Counted from the first letter of the stretch, positions 41,799 to 55,750 are shown. The stretch is 64,000 nucleotides of DNA from Paraspadella gotoi (GCA_051294375.1 CM119264.1:7027814-7091813), one strand, 5' to 3'. Numbers and translations: made by a program. The notes: a model not told the origin generated them from the sequence alone.

Positions 41799-43790
41799 GG
41801 GAGGGAGAGCAATGTAGGAGTGTTGTATGAACGGTTGGAAGCATAAGAGAATGAGAGGAGCTTAGAATATTAGCAAAGGCGCGAAGGAAGATATAGAATG
41901 AAAAAAAAAAAAGAAAAGGAGAGTCATAGAAGAAAATACAAAAAGAGGAAGAAAAAAGAATGAAGAAAATTAGAAGAAAAAATGCGGACAGGAGATACGA
42001 GGATGGAAAACCATTCAGGGAGCAAAAATAAGGAAAGAAAAGGAGGAAAAAAAAACAAGGGCGGGAAAGAAAGAAAGAAACAACAAAGGAGGAGAGGAAA
42101 AGGAGAGGACAAGAGAAAACCGAATAAATGGGTGAGGGGGGACGGAGAAGGGGGGATCGGAAGAGAGGGGAAGGAGAGAAGAAAGAGAAAAAAAAAGAAA
42201 AAACGTAAGATTTTTGGTGTGAGAGTAGGAGAGAGGAGTAAAAAACAAAAGCAAAGGTTGGAGTGAAAGGAAAATTTAAGTAAGAAAAAAAATTACGTAC
42301 AGAAAAGGACACAGAAAGCGGAGTGAGAAAAAGAGAGAAGGGGTGAAGACTGGACTAGATGATTAAAGAAATAAGGAAAAAAAAAAAAAAAAAAAAAAAT
42401 AAAAAAGAAACGTGAATAAGGAAAGGGAGAAGGAAAAAAGATTTGGAGGCGAAGAAGGAGAAGAGAAAGAAGAGGACGAGGAAAGGAAAGACAGAGGTCC
42501 ATAAGCCATAACAAAGACAGATTCTGGCCGCGAAACGAGAAACCGAAGAGGATTGGCCCGTCCTTCTTGCCTTCTCTCTCTATTCTCTCTCTCATACCTC
42601 TCTCTCTCTCTTTCTCTCTCTCTTCTTCTCTCTCTCTACATAACATCTCGCTTTCAGTCCCTAGACGCAGAAACTAAATGAGAAATTTTCAGTATCTGTA
42701 GAAGCGGAAGCCGCAATCGAGTTGTAGCGAACGATGAAACCTACTACCCTTACTAACTAAAGACTAACTAACTCCCCCAACTAACTAACTACACTAACCT
42801 AACTTAACTAACTAACTACTAGCGAGGAGACATAACATGTAGAGAGAGAGAAGGAGAGCCTCTAGAGCTGAATTAGACGCAGAGAGAGAAGAGAGAGAGA
42901 GAGGAGAAATCAGAGAAGAGAGAGGAGAGAGAGAGAGAGAGAAGACGCAGACGACGAAGAGAGAGAGAGGCGATAGAGAAGGCCTAACAAGCGACTCGGA
43001 TAGTTTGTCTTCGATCGTCTTGATATATGATCTATAATGAGACATCGATATTACGCGCTTTTAAACCAGAGAGAAAGATCTATTCTTTTCTCCAGAATAT
43101 TGTGCTCAATGGTGGGCTGAATGTGCTAAGGACTAGCGCATATATAAAAATAATGAAGAGTTGTGTTCATTGACTCTAGCAGTCCAAGCGTTTAAAATTT
43201 ATAGGATTAAACCGAATTCTGCGTTGAACCTTCATAAGTTTGTTCGTTGCGTAGCCATGCGTTATCTTGCATCTTTTGTTCATCTATCTATAATAGACAT
43301 TATGTTGATTCAATATACGGTTTTTTTATACTTACTCTCATCACATCTCTCTCTCTCTCGTACACATACTCATTCGATACTCTGTCTTTCATACAAATAC
43401 TCTCATACATACCTACCATCAAAGTCCCTCTTGCTACGCAATATACTCTCGCAAAATAAAAACTCATCTACATCAAAATACACCAAATCTCTCGGTGTAT
43501 ACATAATAACATATACGTCAGACTCTGAGTGTAATACTTTAAGTTTTGGAAACTTTCCAGAATTCGAAGCTCGACAAATTTTTTTTTCCAACCATTTCCA
43601 AAAAAACATCCTAAGATCGCTGCGTCAAATAAACTTACTCGCGCCTCCTTTCTCAATGAATAGACGCCTTCCTTCGTCAACCACCCGGCCACCCCTTCCT
43701 ACCCCTTCACCGCCCTTCCCCACGTTCCCACCCTTTGAGTGGATGATTTTTTTCCTTCTGATCAGCCGCCCAATAAACGCATTTTCATCC
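40680..43790 (-). repeat. Noisy inverted copy of ~29600-32000
   Basis: For example, 29761-29827 matches rc 43544-43615, 30590-31110 matches rc ~41800-42575, and 31780-31975 matches rc 40715-41035. The copy begins just after the 25-N gap at 40561-40585. Confidence 0.9.
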
Positions 43791-43989
43791 ATATAAACTA
43801 TTCACGTTTCCTATCAGTAGCGAGTACGACGCATAGAAACGATCCAAGCACGGGAAAATTTTCATGGACCCTCCGTCTAGTAATCCTTCCGCCCACCATA
43901 TGCCGGATATTCACCGTACTGCCACAAACAAAGGCACGCATCGGCGTTCCTCTCTCGTTCGCTTTTCTCTGTCGAGTTCGAAAAGCGCG

Positions 43990-45390
43990 ACGACCCGACG
44001 TACGACTGTACGACTCGACGCGACATACGACGACGACGACGACGACACTCCGTCTCGATACAAACCAACCCGACCACGGAGCCCGGCGACATACACAACC
44101 GACCAACACGACGATACCTGCGACCGACGCACGAACCGCAACGATCAAAACATAATAATGGCCGGAGGATAAAAAAAAAACTCTGTTTTACGTCATAACA
44201 CAAAAGCGAGAAAAAGTGTTTTCTGTCTTGGAACGAAGCAAGTGACGGATAGGATCCAGCAACAACCCCTGTCTCGCAATAATGCCGCGGGGGAGGTCTC
44301 TCTCTCTCTCTCTCTCTCTCTCGCTAGCGCTCGTTCCAGCTTATTATTATTTTTTTTTCATTTTTCTCTTCCAAATTTTTTCACTTCCTTTCTCTGCCTC
44401 GGGTCTCCCTCTCGTTTTTCCCAGTTTTTCTCTCTCTTTTTTTTTTCTTTCTGCTTTTTTTAAAAAGAATTTACCTTTTATTTTTTTTCTGCTCGCCGAT
44501 TTTATACGCATTACTTTCTGTCTCTTTCCCCTTTCCCCGTTCTATCTGAAAACTATTATTATCTATATTTCCAAATTCTCTTCCTTTCCACTTTCCTCTT
44601 NNNNNNNNNNNNNNNNNNNNNNNNNNNNNNNNNNNNNNNNNNNNNNNNNNNNNNNNNNNNNNNNNNNNNNNNNNNNNNNNNNNNNNNNNNNNNNNNNNNN
44701 NNNNNNNNNNNNNNNNNNNNNNNNNNNNNNNNNNNNNNNNNNNNNNNNNNNNNNNNNNNNNNNNNNNNNNNNNNNNNNNNNNNNNNNNNNNNNNNNNNNN
44801 NNNNNNNNNNNNNNNNNNNNNNNNNNNNNNNNNNNNNNNNNNNNNNNNNNNNNNNNNNNNNNNNNNNNNNNNNNNNNNNNNNNNNNNNNNNNNNNNNNNN
44901 NNNNNNNNNNNNNNNNNNNNNNNNNNNNNNNNNNNNNNNNNNNNNNNNNNNNNNNNNNNNNNNNNNNNNNNNNNNNNNNNNNNNNNNNNNNNNNNNNNNN
45001 NNNNNNNNNNNNNNNNNNNNNNNNNNNNNNNNNNNNNNNNNNNNNNNNNNNNNNNNNNNNNNNNNNNNNNNNNNNNNNNNNNNNNNNNNNNNNNNNNNNN
45101 NNNNNNNNNNNNNNNNNNNNNNNNNNNNNNNNNNNNNNNNNNNNNNNNNNNNNNNNNNNNNNNNNNNNNNNNNNNNNNNNNNNNNNNNNNNNNNNNNNNN
45201 NNNNNNNNNNNNNNNNNNNNNNNNNNNNNNNNNNNNNNNNNNNNNNNNNNNNNNNNNNNNNNNNNNNNNNNNNNNNNNNNNNNNNNNNNNNNNNNNNNNN
45301 NNNNNNNNNNNNNNNNNNNNNNNNNNNNNNNNAATTGTAAATAATTTATAAATCATGACGTCCGGGTTAATGATGATGACGATGATGATG
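43990..45390 (-). repeat. Inverted copy of ~35520-36890
   Basis: 36400-36860 matches rc 44155-44600; 35525-35571 matches rc 45333-45378. Confidence 0.88.
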
Positions 45391-45576
45391 ATGATAATGT
45401 CACGATAGCAAATAAGCTCAATATCACACACCGATCGACCATGCTCAAAATGTCCCATATATTGTTTGCAACTTATCTGATTGTGTGTTTGACGCTGTGA
45501 TCAGACATAATCACCGTAAACAGCGTCAATCACCCCAACCATCCCAACAATCACCTCGTCGACGCTTCCGCAGTGA

Positions 45577-45707
45577 CGTCACCAACGTTGACGCAACGAC
45601 GTCGCCAACGTTGACGCAACGACGTCGTTAACCTTGGCGCAACGACGGACGCAACGACGTCGCCAACATTGACGTAGCAACGTCGCCAACGTTGACACAA
45701 CGACGTC
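45577..45707 (+). repeat. ~23-bp tandem repeat gacgtcgccaacgttgacgcaac
   Basis: Direct inspection. Confidence 0.75.
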
Positions 45708-48700
45708 CCACTGGAATCCCATATTTTTTTTCCCTTTCCTTTTTATCGGCGCAATAAACAGCAATGGAAAGGGATTTTCATTATGTTGTAGATTTCTTTT
45801 TTTATTTCCTTTTTTTNNNNNNNNNNNNNNNNNNNNNNNNNNNNNNNNNNNNNNNNNNNNNNNNNNNNNNNNNNNNNNNNNNNNNNNNNNNNNNNNNNNN
45901 NNNNNNNNNNNNNNNNNNNNNNNNNNNNNNNNNNNNNNNNNNNNNNNNNNNNNNNNNNNNNNNNNNNNNNNNNNNNNNNNNNNNNNNNNNNNNNNNNNNN
46001 NNNNNNNNNNNNNNNNNNNNNNNNNNNNNNNNNNNNNNNNNNNNNNNNNNNNNNNNNNNNNNNNNNNNNNNNNNNNNNNNNNNNNNNNNNNNNNNNNNNN
46101 NNNNNNNNNNNNNNNNNNNNNNNNNNNNNNNNNNNNNNNNNNNNNNNNNNNNNNNNNNNNNNNNNNNNNNNNNNNNNNNNNNNNNNNNNNNNNNNNNNNN
46201 NNNNNNNNNNNNNNNNNNNNNNNNNNNNNNNNNNNNNNNNNNNNNNNNNNNNNNNNNNNNNNNNNNNNNNNNNNNNNNNNNNNNNNNNNNNNNNNNNNNN
46301 NNNNNNNNNNNNNNNNNNNNNNNNNNNNNNNNNNNNNNNNNNNNNNNNNNNNNNNNNNNNNNNNNNNNNNNNNNNNNNNNNNNNNNNNNNNNNNNNNNNN
46401 NNNNNNNNNNNNNNNNNNNNNNNNNNNNNNNNNNNNNNNNNNNNNNNNNNNNNNNNNNNNNNNNNNNNNNNNNNNNNNNNNNNNNNNNNNNNNNNNNNNN
46501 NNNNNNNNNNNNNNNNNNNNNNNNNNNNNNNNNNNNNNNNNNNNNNNNNNNNNNNNNNNNNNNNNNNNNNNNNNNNNNNNNNNNNNNNNNNNNNNNNNNN
46601 NNNNNNNNNNNNNNNNNNNNNNNNNNNNNNNNNNNNNNNNNNNNNNNNNNNNNNNNNNNNNNNNNNNNNNNNNNNNNNNNNNNNNNNNNNNNNNNNNNNN
46701 NNNNNNNNNNNNNNNNNNNNTCAACGGGGCGCAGACCGAGGGGATCTTTAGGATCCCCGGGGATATAGGTGAGGCCGTGAGGGGATTGGTTCGCGGTAGG
46801 GGAGGGTTGTGTACTCACACATTTTATGGGGGGATANNNNNNNNNNNNNNNNNNNNNNNNNNNNNNNNNNNNNNNNNNNNNNNNNNNNNNNNNNNNNNNN
46901 NNNNNNNNNNNNNNNNNNNNNNNNNNNNNNNNNNNNNNNNNNNNNNNNNNNNNNNNNNNNNNNNNNNNNNNNNNNNNNNNNNNNNNNNNNNNNNNNNTTG
47001 GTCCGGTTCTGGGCACGGGTATTTATTAGAGTGATGTTAAAGTAATAAAATTTTATAAAATCACAATTTCGAAACTATCCCGTGTCCACCAAATAAAACT
47101 TTTTCCATTTCTCATTGGATAAATTTTAAATTTTAAATTTTAAATTTTTTTTCTATCATTTTATTACAAATATTTTATTAAAAATATTTTTTCAAGATAT
47201 AACTGGTAAATTTTGATTCTCAACTTTTTAGTTTTAGGCTATACACAATTTGAATTGAGTGATCCCTAGCCTTAACGTTACGTAAAAAGGTTCAAAACGT
47301 AAAAAATATCGTAATCTTTAGGTTATGTCATGTTTTTTTTTATAATTTTTATAACTTTTTAATATCGGATGAGCTTAAATAAAGATCTGATCGAAAAGAA
47401 GGTTAATAATCATGAGACAAACACATAGTCATATAACTGACAAAAAGGTCAAATGAAGGAACAAAATACAAAAAAGAAAGGAAGTCAAATGGAAGAAGCT
47501 TAGGGAGGAAAGGAGATGGTAAAAAAAGGAAATTAAAGAAGAAAAGAGGAAAGAATAGAAGAAAGAGAAAGAAAAAAAAAGGAACCGGGGCTGCAATGAT
47601 GGGAACCGACAAGCCAGCAGCATGCGAACCAGAAGACAAAAGGTCAAAAACAAGAATTAACTATTCGCTCTCTCTCTCTCTCNNNNNNNNNNNNNNNNNN
47701 NNNNNNNNNNNNNNNNNNNNNNNNNNNNNNNNNNNNNNNNNNNNNNNNNNNNNNNNNNNNNNNNNNNNNNNNNNNNNNNNNNNNNNNNNNNNNNNNNNNN
47801 NNNNNNNNNNNNNNNNNNNNNNNNNNNNNNNNNNNNNNNNNNNNNNNNNNNNNNNNNNNNNNNNNNNNNNNNNNNNNNNNNNNNNNNNNNNNNNNNNNNN
47901 NNNNNNNNNNNNNNAAAAAGAAAAAAAAGGAAGAAAAATATGGGAAAAGAAGGAGAATAAAGAAAACAAAGTATTCTTCGTCGTCATCGTCGTCGTCGTC
48001 GTCGTACTCCATCGTCTCCGCGTCTTATTTTTCAAAATTTTCTCGACGCCGACGCGAAAAGCTTTTAAGTCTTTGTCCGATAGACGTCGCGGTGAATAAT
48101 TTTTCGAGGCGGACAAAAGGGAAACGCTTCGGGCACAAAAGCGACGCGAGCGGCGGCGACGGGCGGCGAGTTGCGGCGTCGACGAAGCCAGACGCCTCTT
48201 TTCCTGGCGCGCGCTCGCGTCTTTCCTCTCTCAACCTCTCGCGGGAGTCTCCCGTTATTTACATCCCTGCGCACCTTTTTTCTGTTCTACCTCTACTCAT
48301 CCTCATACGGAGTTTAAGTTCTGTTCTTCTTTTATTAATTCTCTATTTTAAACAACGAGCAGTTTTTTTTTTCTTTTTTATTCTTTTTCCTTCTTTCCTT
48401 TACAAAATTTTATTCATAATCCTCCACTTTAACTTTCTTTAACTTTTCATCCCGCAGTCCTCTACTCTTTCCCATGGCCAATGGCAAGTGTTTACGTTTT
48501 TAATTTTCATATTTTTTTCCGTTTCCCCCTTTTCCAAAAAAGAAAAAAAAATCCCAAAAAATTGATGAGGGTTGAAATAAACATCTGTTTTTTTCACAGC
48601 CTTCGTGATACGCCTACATAATGTGTTGTTCAAAAAATCAGACGTTCAGCCAGCAAATTTGTTGGCTCTAATTGTATTTTTTTCTCCTTAGAAGTTTTTA

Positions 48701-50211
48701 AATAGTTTTTTTCCGTCGGGATAACCAATTTGTCACTCTCAAAATTAGCAAGTTAAACTAAGACCGAATTGTCCAAATAATTTTTTAACTTTATCAAAAA
48801 CTTACCGATCAACTAACAGTTTTTTAACAAGTCAAGTTTTCCCTTTCCAGTCGTCGCTTCTGCCTTTCCCCGCCCTTACCGAGTCATTTCATATTCCCTC
48901 TCCCCTTTCGGATTCACTTACCATCTCGCCGCCTCGGCTCGGCTCACTTCCTTCAAAACGAGGCTCACTTTTCTTAATATCCCGACCTTTTTTTCACGTC
49001 AGCCAATTTCCGCCCACCCCCCCTCGTTGATAACGAACAATAACGTATAAATTCGAGGTATATAACATCATAGCCGTCAGGCGCGGCGTGGCGCCGGTGA
49101 TCTCTCTCTCCTATCCTAGTCAGTCACGTAACATACTCTGCTCTCATCTGTGCNNNNNNNNNNNNNNNNNNNNNNNNNCGGAGTTTTTTTTTTTTTTACT
49201 TACTCTGTGCGCTTGATATTTTTTTTTTATGCCCAGGGAAGGGAGAGAGAGCGAGAGCTAGAGAAAGGTAGCGTAGGAGATATGAGGGACATCAGAGACT
49301 ATAGCACGCAATAAAAAACTGAAAGAAATGTCTTTTTTTTTCTTTCTTTTTTATAGCTTTTATTTTTTTGGCTTTTTTTTCTTCTATGGCACCGTGAAAC
49401 TCGCTAAAATTTTCTCCCATTTTTTTTCCTCCTTTCTTTTCTTCGCCTAACTTCTTTCTTATTTATATCTCCCTATCTCGTCTCCTTTTTCGATGCTTAC
49501 CTCCTTCCTTTCCTTTTCTTACTTTCCATCTCCCATCCCAACTTTTCCCTTTCTTCATCTTCAGTTGAACGTCCTTTTTCAAAACGAGGTTATTTTTCGG
49601 TCGATCTTTCAAAGATGGCGACTCCCCTCTACTTCCGGTTTGTTTTTCTTTTAACCGGAGGGAGGAACGACCGGATGAGAGAGGCCCAATCGTCGGGCAA
49701 TTTAATACGGAAATATGTGGCCGGAAGGGATGGAGAGCTTTGGCGGTATCGACCAAAAGAAATAACAAATTAAATTTGACGTCGAGCGCAAAGAACGGAA
49801 ACGGCTCTCCACCGCAAGATCGGAACTCGCGGAAGAAATATGCCGGACGTATTGGGTCCAACGTCCTGACAGACAGACGCAAACAGAGACCGACGGACAG
49901 GAAGACAGACCCACCAACGGCGCCGGTCTTTTACCGCCGCGTTTCCAAACAAAACATTCCGCCCGAGTTTTGCTTTTTTCCCCTCATTTCGTCGACGGAA
50001 CAAAATTATTCCAAATTCATTTTCCGCCTTTAGAAATTTCCAATTTGGTGTAGATTCGATTTTCCAAAACAAAAAAAAAAAAGCTTAAATTTGGTTGACA
50101 GTCAAAATTTAAAAATGAAAGGAAAACACGCGATGAATTTTAGACTGATTCAGTACTGCGCCTTAACTGTTTCACCAGCGATCACTNNNNNNNNNNNNNN
50201 NNNNNNNNNNN

Positions 50212-52235
50212 TTCTCTACTTCCCCCTCCCCTCCCCCTCAACCCTCCCCTCTCTTCCGCCGCAACTTTCTCCATCCCCCTCTATCTTTCCCCACCTTCTA
50301 CTTCCCCTCCCTCTCCCTCAACCTTCCCCTCCCCGCGCAAACTTTTCTTCCTGCCCCCTCTCCTTGCACCTTCGTACTCACTTCCCCCTCCCTCTCCTCA
50401 ACTCACCTCCCTCTCTTCCCGCGCAACTTTTCTTCCTCCCTCTCCTTCCCCCCCCCTCATACTTCCCCCTCCCTCTCCCTCAACCTCTCCTCTCTCCCGG
50501 CTGCAACTTTCTCCACTCCCCTCCTCCTTCTCCCCTCTACTTTCCCTCCCTCTCCCCTCATACCCTCCCCTCTCTTCCCGCCAACTTTCTCCCTTCCCCT
50601 CCCTTCCCCCCCTCTAAGCTGTCCCTGCCCTCTCCCTCAACCGGTCCCCTCTCTTCCCGGCGCAACTTTCTCCCTCCCCTCTCTCCCCCTCTACTTCCCC
50701 CTCCCATTCTCCCTCAACCTCCCCTCTCTTCCCGCGCACTTTCTCGCTCCCCTCCCTTCCCCCTCTACTCCCCTCCCTTCCCTCAACGCTCCCTCTTTCC
50801 CGCGCCAACTGTTCTCCCTCCCCTCTCTTCCCCCTTCTACTTCCCCCTCCCTCTCCCTCAACCTCCCCTCTCTTCCCGCGCAACTTCTCCCTTCCCCTCT
50901 CCTTCCCCCCTCTACTTCCCCCTCCTCTCCCTCAACCTCCCCTCTCTTCCGCGCGCCAACTTTTCTCCACCCTCTCCATCCCCCTCTTACTTCCCCCTTC
51001 CTCTCCTCTACCTCCCCTCTCTTCCCGCGCAACTTGTTTCTCCCTCCCCCTCTCCTTCCCCCCCTCTACTTCCCCCCTCCCTCTCCCTCAACCTCCCCTT
51101 CCCGCAACTTTTCTCCCCCCTCCCTCCCCCTTCTATTCCCTCCTTCCCCTCACCTCCGCCTCTCTTCCCGCGCAACTTTCTCCCTCCCCCTCATCCTCCC
51201 TCTACTTCCCCTCCCTCAACCTCCCCTCTCTTCCCGCCGCAACTTCTCCCACCCTCCTCGCCATCCCCCCTCTCTTACTTCCCCCTTCCCTCTCCTTCCT
51301 ACCTCCCCTCTCCGACATCCGCAACTTTTCTCCTCCTGACCCTTCTAATCCCCCTTCTACTTCCCCCTCCCTCTCCCTCAACCTCCCTCTCTTCCCGCAA
51401 CTTTTCTCCTACCCCTCTCCTTACCCCCCTCTACTTCCCCTCCCTCTCCCTCTAACCTCCTCTCTTCCCGCGCAATCTTCTCCTCCCCCTTCCTTCCCCC
51501 CTCTATTCCCCCTCCCCTCTCCCTCTACTCCCCTCCTCTCCCGCGCAACTTTTCTCCTCCCCCTCTCCTTCCCCCTACATTCCCCCTCCCTCTCCCTCTA
51601 ACCTCCCCTCTCTTCCCCGCGCAACTTTTCTCCCTCCCCCATCTCCTTCCCCCCCTCTACTTCCCCCCCCTCCCTCAAACCTCCCCTCTCTTCCCGCGCA
51701 ACTTTCTCCCTCCCCCTCCTCTCCTTCCCCCCCTCTACTTCCCCCTCCCCTCCCCTCAACTCCCCTCTCTCCGCACGCAACTTTCTCCCCCTTCTCCCCT
51801 CTCCTTTCCCCCCTCTACTTCCCCTCCCCTCTCCCTCAACACCTCCCCTCTTCCCGCGCAATTTTCTCCCTCCCCCTCTTCACTTCCCCTCCCTCTCCCT
51901 CAATCTCCCCTCTCTTTCCCTCGCGCAACTTACTTTTCCCTCCCCTCTCCTTTCCCCCCCTCTACTTCTCCCCACTTCCCTTCCCCCTCAACCCTCTCCT
52001 CCTCCCCGCGCAACTTTTTCTCCCTCCCCCTCTCCTTCCCCCTCTACTTCCCCCTCCCTCTCCCTCAACCTCCCTCTCTTCCCGCAACAACTTTTCTCCC
52101 TCCCCCTCCCTCTCCCCCTTCTACTTCCCCCTCCCTCTCCCCAACCTCCCCTCTCTTTCCCGCGCAACTTTCTCCTCCCCTCTCCTTCCCCCCTCTCTTC
52201 CCCCTCCCTCAACCCTCCCTCCTCTTCCCTCTCAA
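50212..52235 (+). repeat. C-rich ~70-75 bp minisatellite, roughly 25-30 copies
   Basis: Unit approximating cccctctcttcccgcgcaacttttctccctccccctctccttcccccctctacttccccctccctctccctcaacct. Confidence 0.92.
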
Positions 52236-52249
52236 ATCTCCCCCGGCAG

Positions 52250-52434
52250 AGATCTCGTCAACCCCTCAAACGCAGCGTTTGAGAACTGGGAGTCTCCAAG
52301 CGTCACCCGCCCCAGTCCCCCACGCGCGGAAGCCCCACAATCCCCGCCTCGTTACTCAAGCTGTCGTACCGCGAACTCTACGAACCTCTGTCCCCTTGAC
52401 AATGTACGACCAGGCCATCCAACATTACAAACAG
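52250..52434 (+). CDS. ARHGAP39: RhoGAP exon of ARHGAP39-like gene containing apparent frameshifts
   Basis: Allowing about three single-base indels it reads DLVKPLKRSV/ENWESPS...PH/IPASLLKLSYRELYEPL/xPLTMYDQAIQHYKQ, like DEVNALKLQVDQW...[22 protein letters not shown]. Donor cag|gtggga after 52434. Confidence 0.78.
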
Positions 52435-52585
52435 GTGGGAGATAAATTCTTTGGGGATCGCTCTCTTTCTTGTCAGTATGTCTCTTTCCTTTCCTTTTTT
52501 CTGTTTTTTTTCTTTTTCTTTTCTTTCCTTCTTTTTTTTCTTTTCTTTTCTTTCTTTTTTCTTTTTTTTTTTTTCTTTTTCTCTT

Positions 52586-52634
<49 letters not shown>

Positions 52635-52942
52635 TCTCCCTCTCACTCTCTCTCTCTCTCTCTTTCTAATCCACCAAATTTATCTTTTCTCTCTCAGCCT
52701 CTCTCTCCTCTCTCTCTCTTCCCTCTCTTCTCTCTCTTCCTCTCCTCCTCTCTCTCTCTCTCTCCTCCTCACAGGTCTCTCCACTCCTGTCCATATATAA
52801 TTTCCAAATTATCTCCCTTCTCCTCCCTTCCTCCCTCTTTCCTCCCCCCTCTCTTTTACTCCCTCAACCCCCTTTCCCTGGTTCCATTTCTATTGGTAAT
52901 CGATTTGTTAACTTATTTTTCTTTCCCTTTTCTCTTCATTAG

Positions 52943-53024
52943 CGCGGAAAAGCTTCTTCGAGCTTTTTGGTCTTTTCCCGACATCAACAGATTCGTCCTC
53001 GCTTATTTAGTCCGTTTTTTGCAG
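52943..53024 (+). CDS. ARHGAP39: Penultimate RhoGAP exon of ARHGAP39-like gene
   Basis: cattag| acceptor and cag|gtgaat donor in phase 0, joining to VFAAP. Reads EKLLRAFWSFPDINRFVLAYLVRFLQ, like LPRINRMVLCYLIRFLQ. The exon is 82 nt, one base too long for a phase 0-0 exon, probably a sequence error. Confidence 0.85.
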
Positions 53025-53132
53025 GTGAATTTCTTTTTGTCTTTCTGGTAGGGAAAGAAATAAAATAAAAAAGAAGATAAAAGAAGGAAAAAAAGAAATG
53101 GAAAAAAAGAATAGAAATGGAAAGAAAGAAAA

Positions 53133-53225
<93 letters not shown>

Positions 53226-53658
53226 AAATAGAAAGAAAAGGAAAATAAGAAAAAAAAGGATGGAAAAAAAAACAAAGACAAAGTCAGAGGAAACGAATCG
53301 GAGATTAACCGCAAAGAAAACAAAGAAATTTTTTTTTGTTCCAAAAAACAGAGAAAAGAAGAAAGAAAAAAAAGAGTAGAGAGATAAAAGGCTAATTTAG
53401 TGCCAGAGTGAGACGGCCGACGTCTCCCCTCCGTGGCGCCCTTATCGCGTTAGTCCTCCCCCCCCGTACTTTTAACTCCCCCCTTTCCACCCCGAAACCT
53501 CGCTTCCCCCACTGGGTTCCATTCAAACCTTGAAAATCGCCAGGGGCAAATTTTCGAAGAGACCGCGAAAGATTTCTGCCTTAAATCAAAAGCGAAACCC
53601 GCTCGACGTCTCTCTCCTCCTCTCCTCTCTCTCTCTCTCTTCTCTCTCTCCTCTCTCT

Positions 53659-53694
<36 letters not shown>

Positions 53695-54028
53695 CTCTCT
53701 CTCTTCCTCCATTTCTCCTTTTAGTAGTAAATAGTCGAGATGGAAGGATTTCCTAGATAAAAGTCGAAAGGACAAGAGAAACGGTTTCATACTTGAGGTG
53801 AGACTAAAGAAATTAATCGGTAAAAGAAATGGCCCAACGCGGGAAAGAGAAAAAGTCATTTTTGTCGGTAAAATATCACGAGGTCATCTTGTTTTTCTTT
53901 TGTCTTGTTTAATGTCGTTGTGTCAAAAAGTAATAATTACCGTTGCCATAGTCGTCGTCGTCAACTTGGTATTTTGTAACGTCGTCTTCTATATCATCTC
54001 CGTCGCCATCGTCTTTTAGGGGTCCTTG

Positions 54029-54060
<32 letters not shown>

Positions 54061-54468
54061 GTCGGCCCCGTTACGAGATTAAGTCGAGAAGGAAGCGGCG
54101 CAGGAAAAGGAAGAGATAAGCGGGATGCCATCTCCCCCCCCCTCCACACTCGGCGTTGGCCCCTGAGGGTTTCGAGAGTCTCTTAAACAAAAAAGAAAGA
54201 AAATAAAAAAAAGAAAAAGGAATGAAACACTATATGATAGGAAAATGAAGCAAATGCGATGTTGAAGAAAAACAAGGCAAACGTACTAGTACTACTAGTA
54301 CTACTAGTAGTTATATCTTCAAGAACATGTTATATTTAAAAACGAGTGCGAATGCGAAACCTTTGACGTAATAATCTTTCACGTTTGGCTTCTTCCCTCA
54401 TCTTCTGACTCTTAGTGCGATAAAATCAGCCAATGAATCCTTCAGACTGAATGCAAAGAAAGAAAGAA

Positions 54469-54576
<108 letters not shown>

Positions 54577-54630
54577 AAAGAAAGAAAAGAAAGAAAGAAA
54601 AAAAGAAAGAAAGAAAGAAAGAAAAATTAA

Positions 54631-54963
<333 letters not shown>

Positions 54964-55750
54964 AAAAAAAAGAGAGGGAGGGGAGGAAGAGGGAGAGGAA
55001 ATATGAGGGATGAAGGAGGAAAAGGAGATAAAATGAGAGAGGGAGGTAGGTAAAGGAGTAGGAGGTTTATTTAGTGAACTGAGGGATGGAATATGAATCG
55101 AGGAACTTCTTAGTCTCGCTTTAAAACTTCTGTCTTTGATTAATTTTTACAAATTTTTTTTTTTTTTTGGTTTTTCGCGTTGTTTGTCAGTCCGTCTGTC
55201 TATGTGTCTATCTGTCTGACGGTCTGTCTGTCTATCAACATGAAACGAAAAAAAGTAAAAAAACTACTTTATCGTCAAAAAATTTTTATTTTTTGGCCGA
55301 AGGAAAACTAAAAGTGAAAATCACGTGATTCGTTGTCGCATTTAGGATAAAGAACGTTTGTCTAAAATTACGAGAAGTAAATATATAAACAACATTAAAA
55401 TTAAAGATAAATTTTAAAAAATATCGGTCGTTATTAAACTCGTTATATTCATTTGGTTGTGAATTTTTACCGCACTCGTTATGAATTTGATATTTTTTTT
55501 TTATTCAATTTAATTGCGCCAATAATGAGCATGACGTAAGCGGTGAAATAACGTTTACTCGTTTTAGAGAACGTTTGTTTATTTTCCAAAAACTAATTTT
55601 ATTATTTGACATAGTATATTCGTCGTGGCGTTTAGATGGAAAAAAAAACTAGTATGAAACATAACACTTCACTGCGATATGATCCCTGACAATCAAGCGC
55701 TGATCCATTAGTTCTGCGCCAGGTCTTTCTTTAACACGTTCAAACTCGCA

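Noticed and set aside
44282-47045. 300-400 aa ORFs
   Set aside because: Composed mostly of N-gap X residues.
47960-49920. GC-rich islands as upstream ARHGAP39 exons
   Set aside because: No WW, MyTH4 or GIFR motifs recognised in any frame examined, and no consistent splice model.
50091-51455. 454-aa proline-rich extensin-like ORF
   Set aside because: Translation of a C-rich minisatellite with frame-ignoring indels; spans an N gap.
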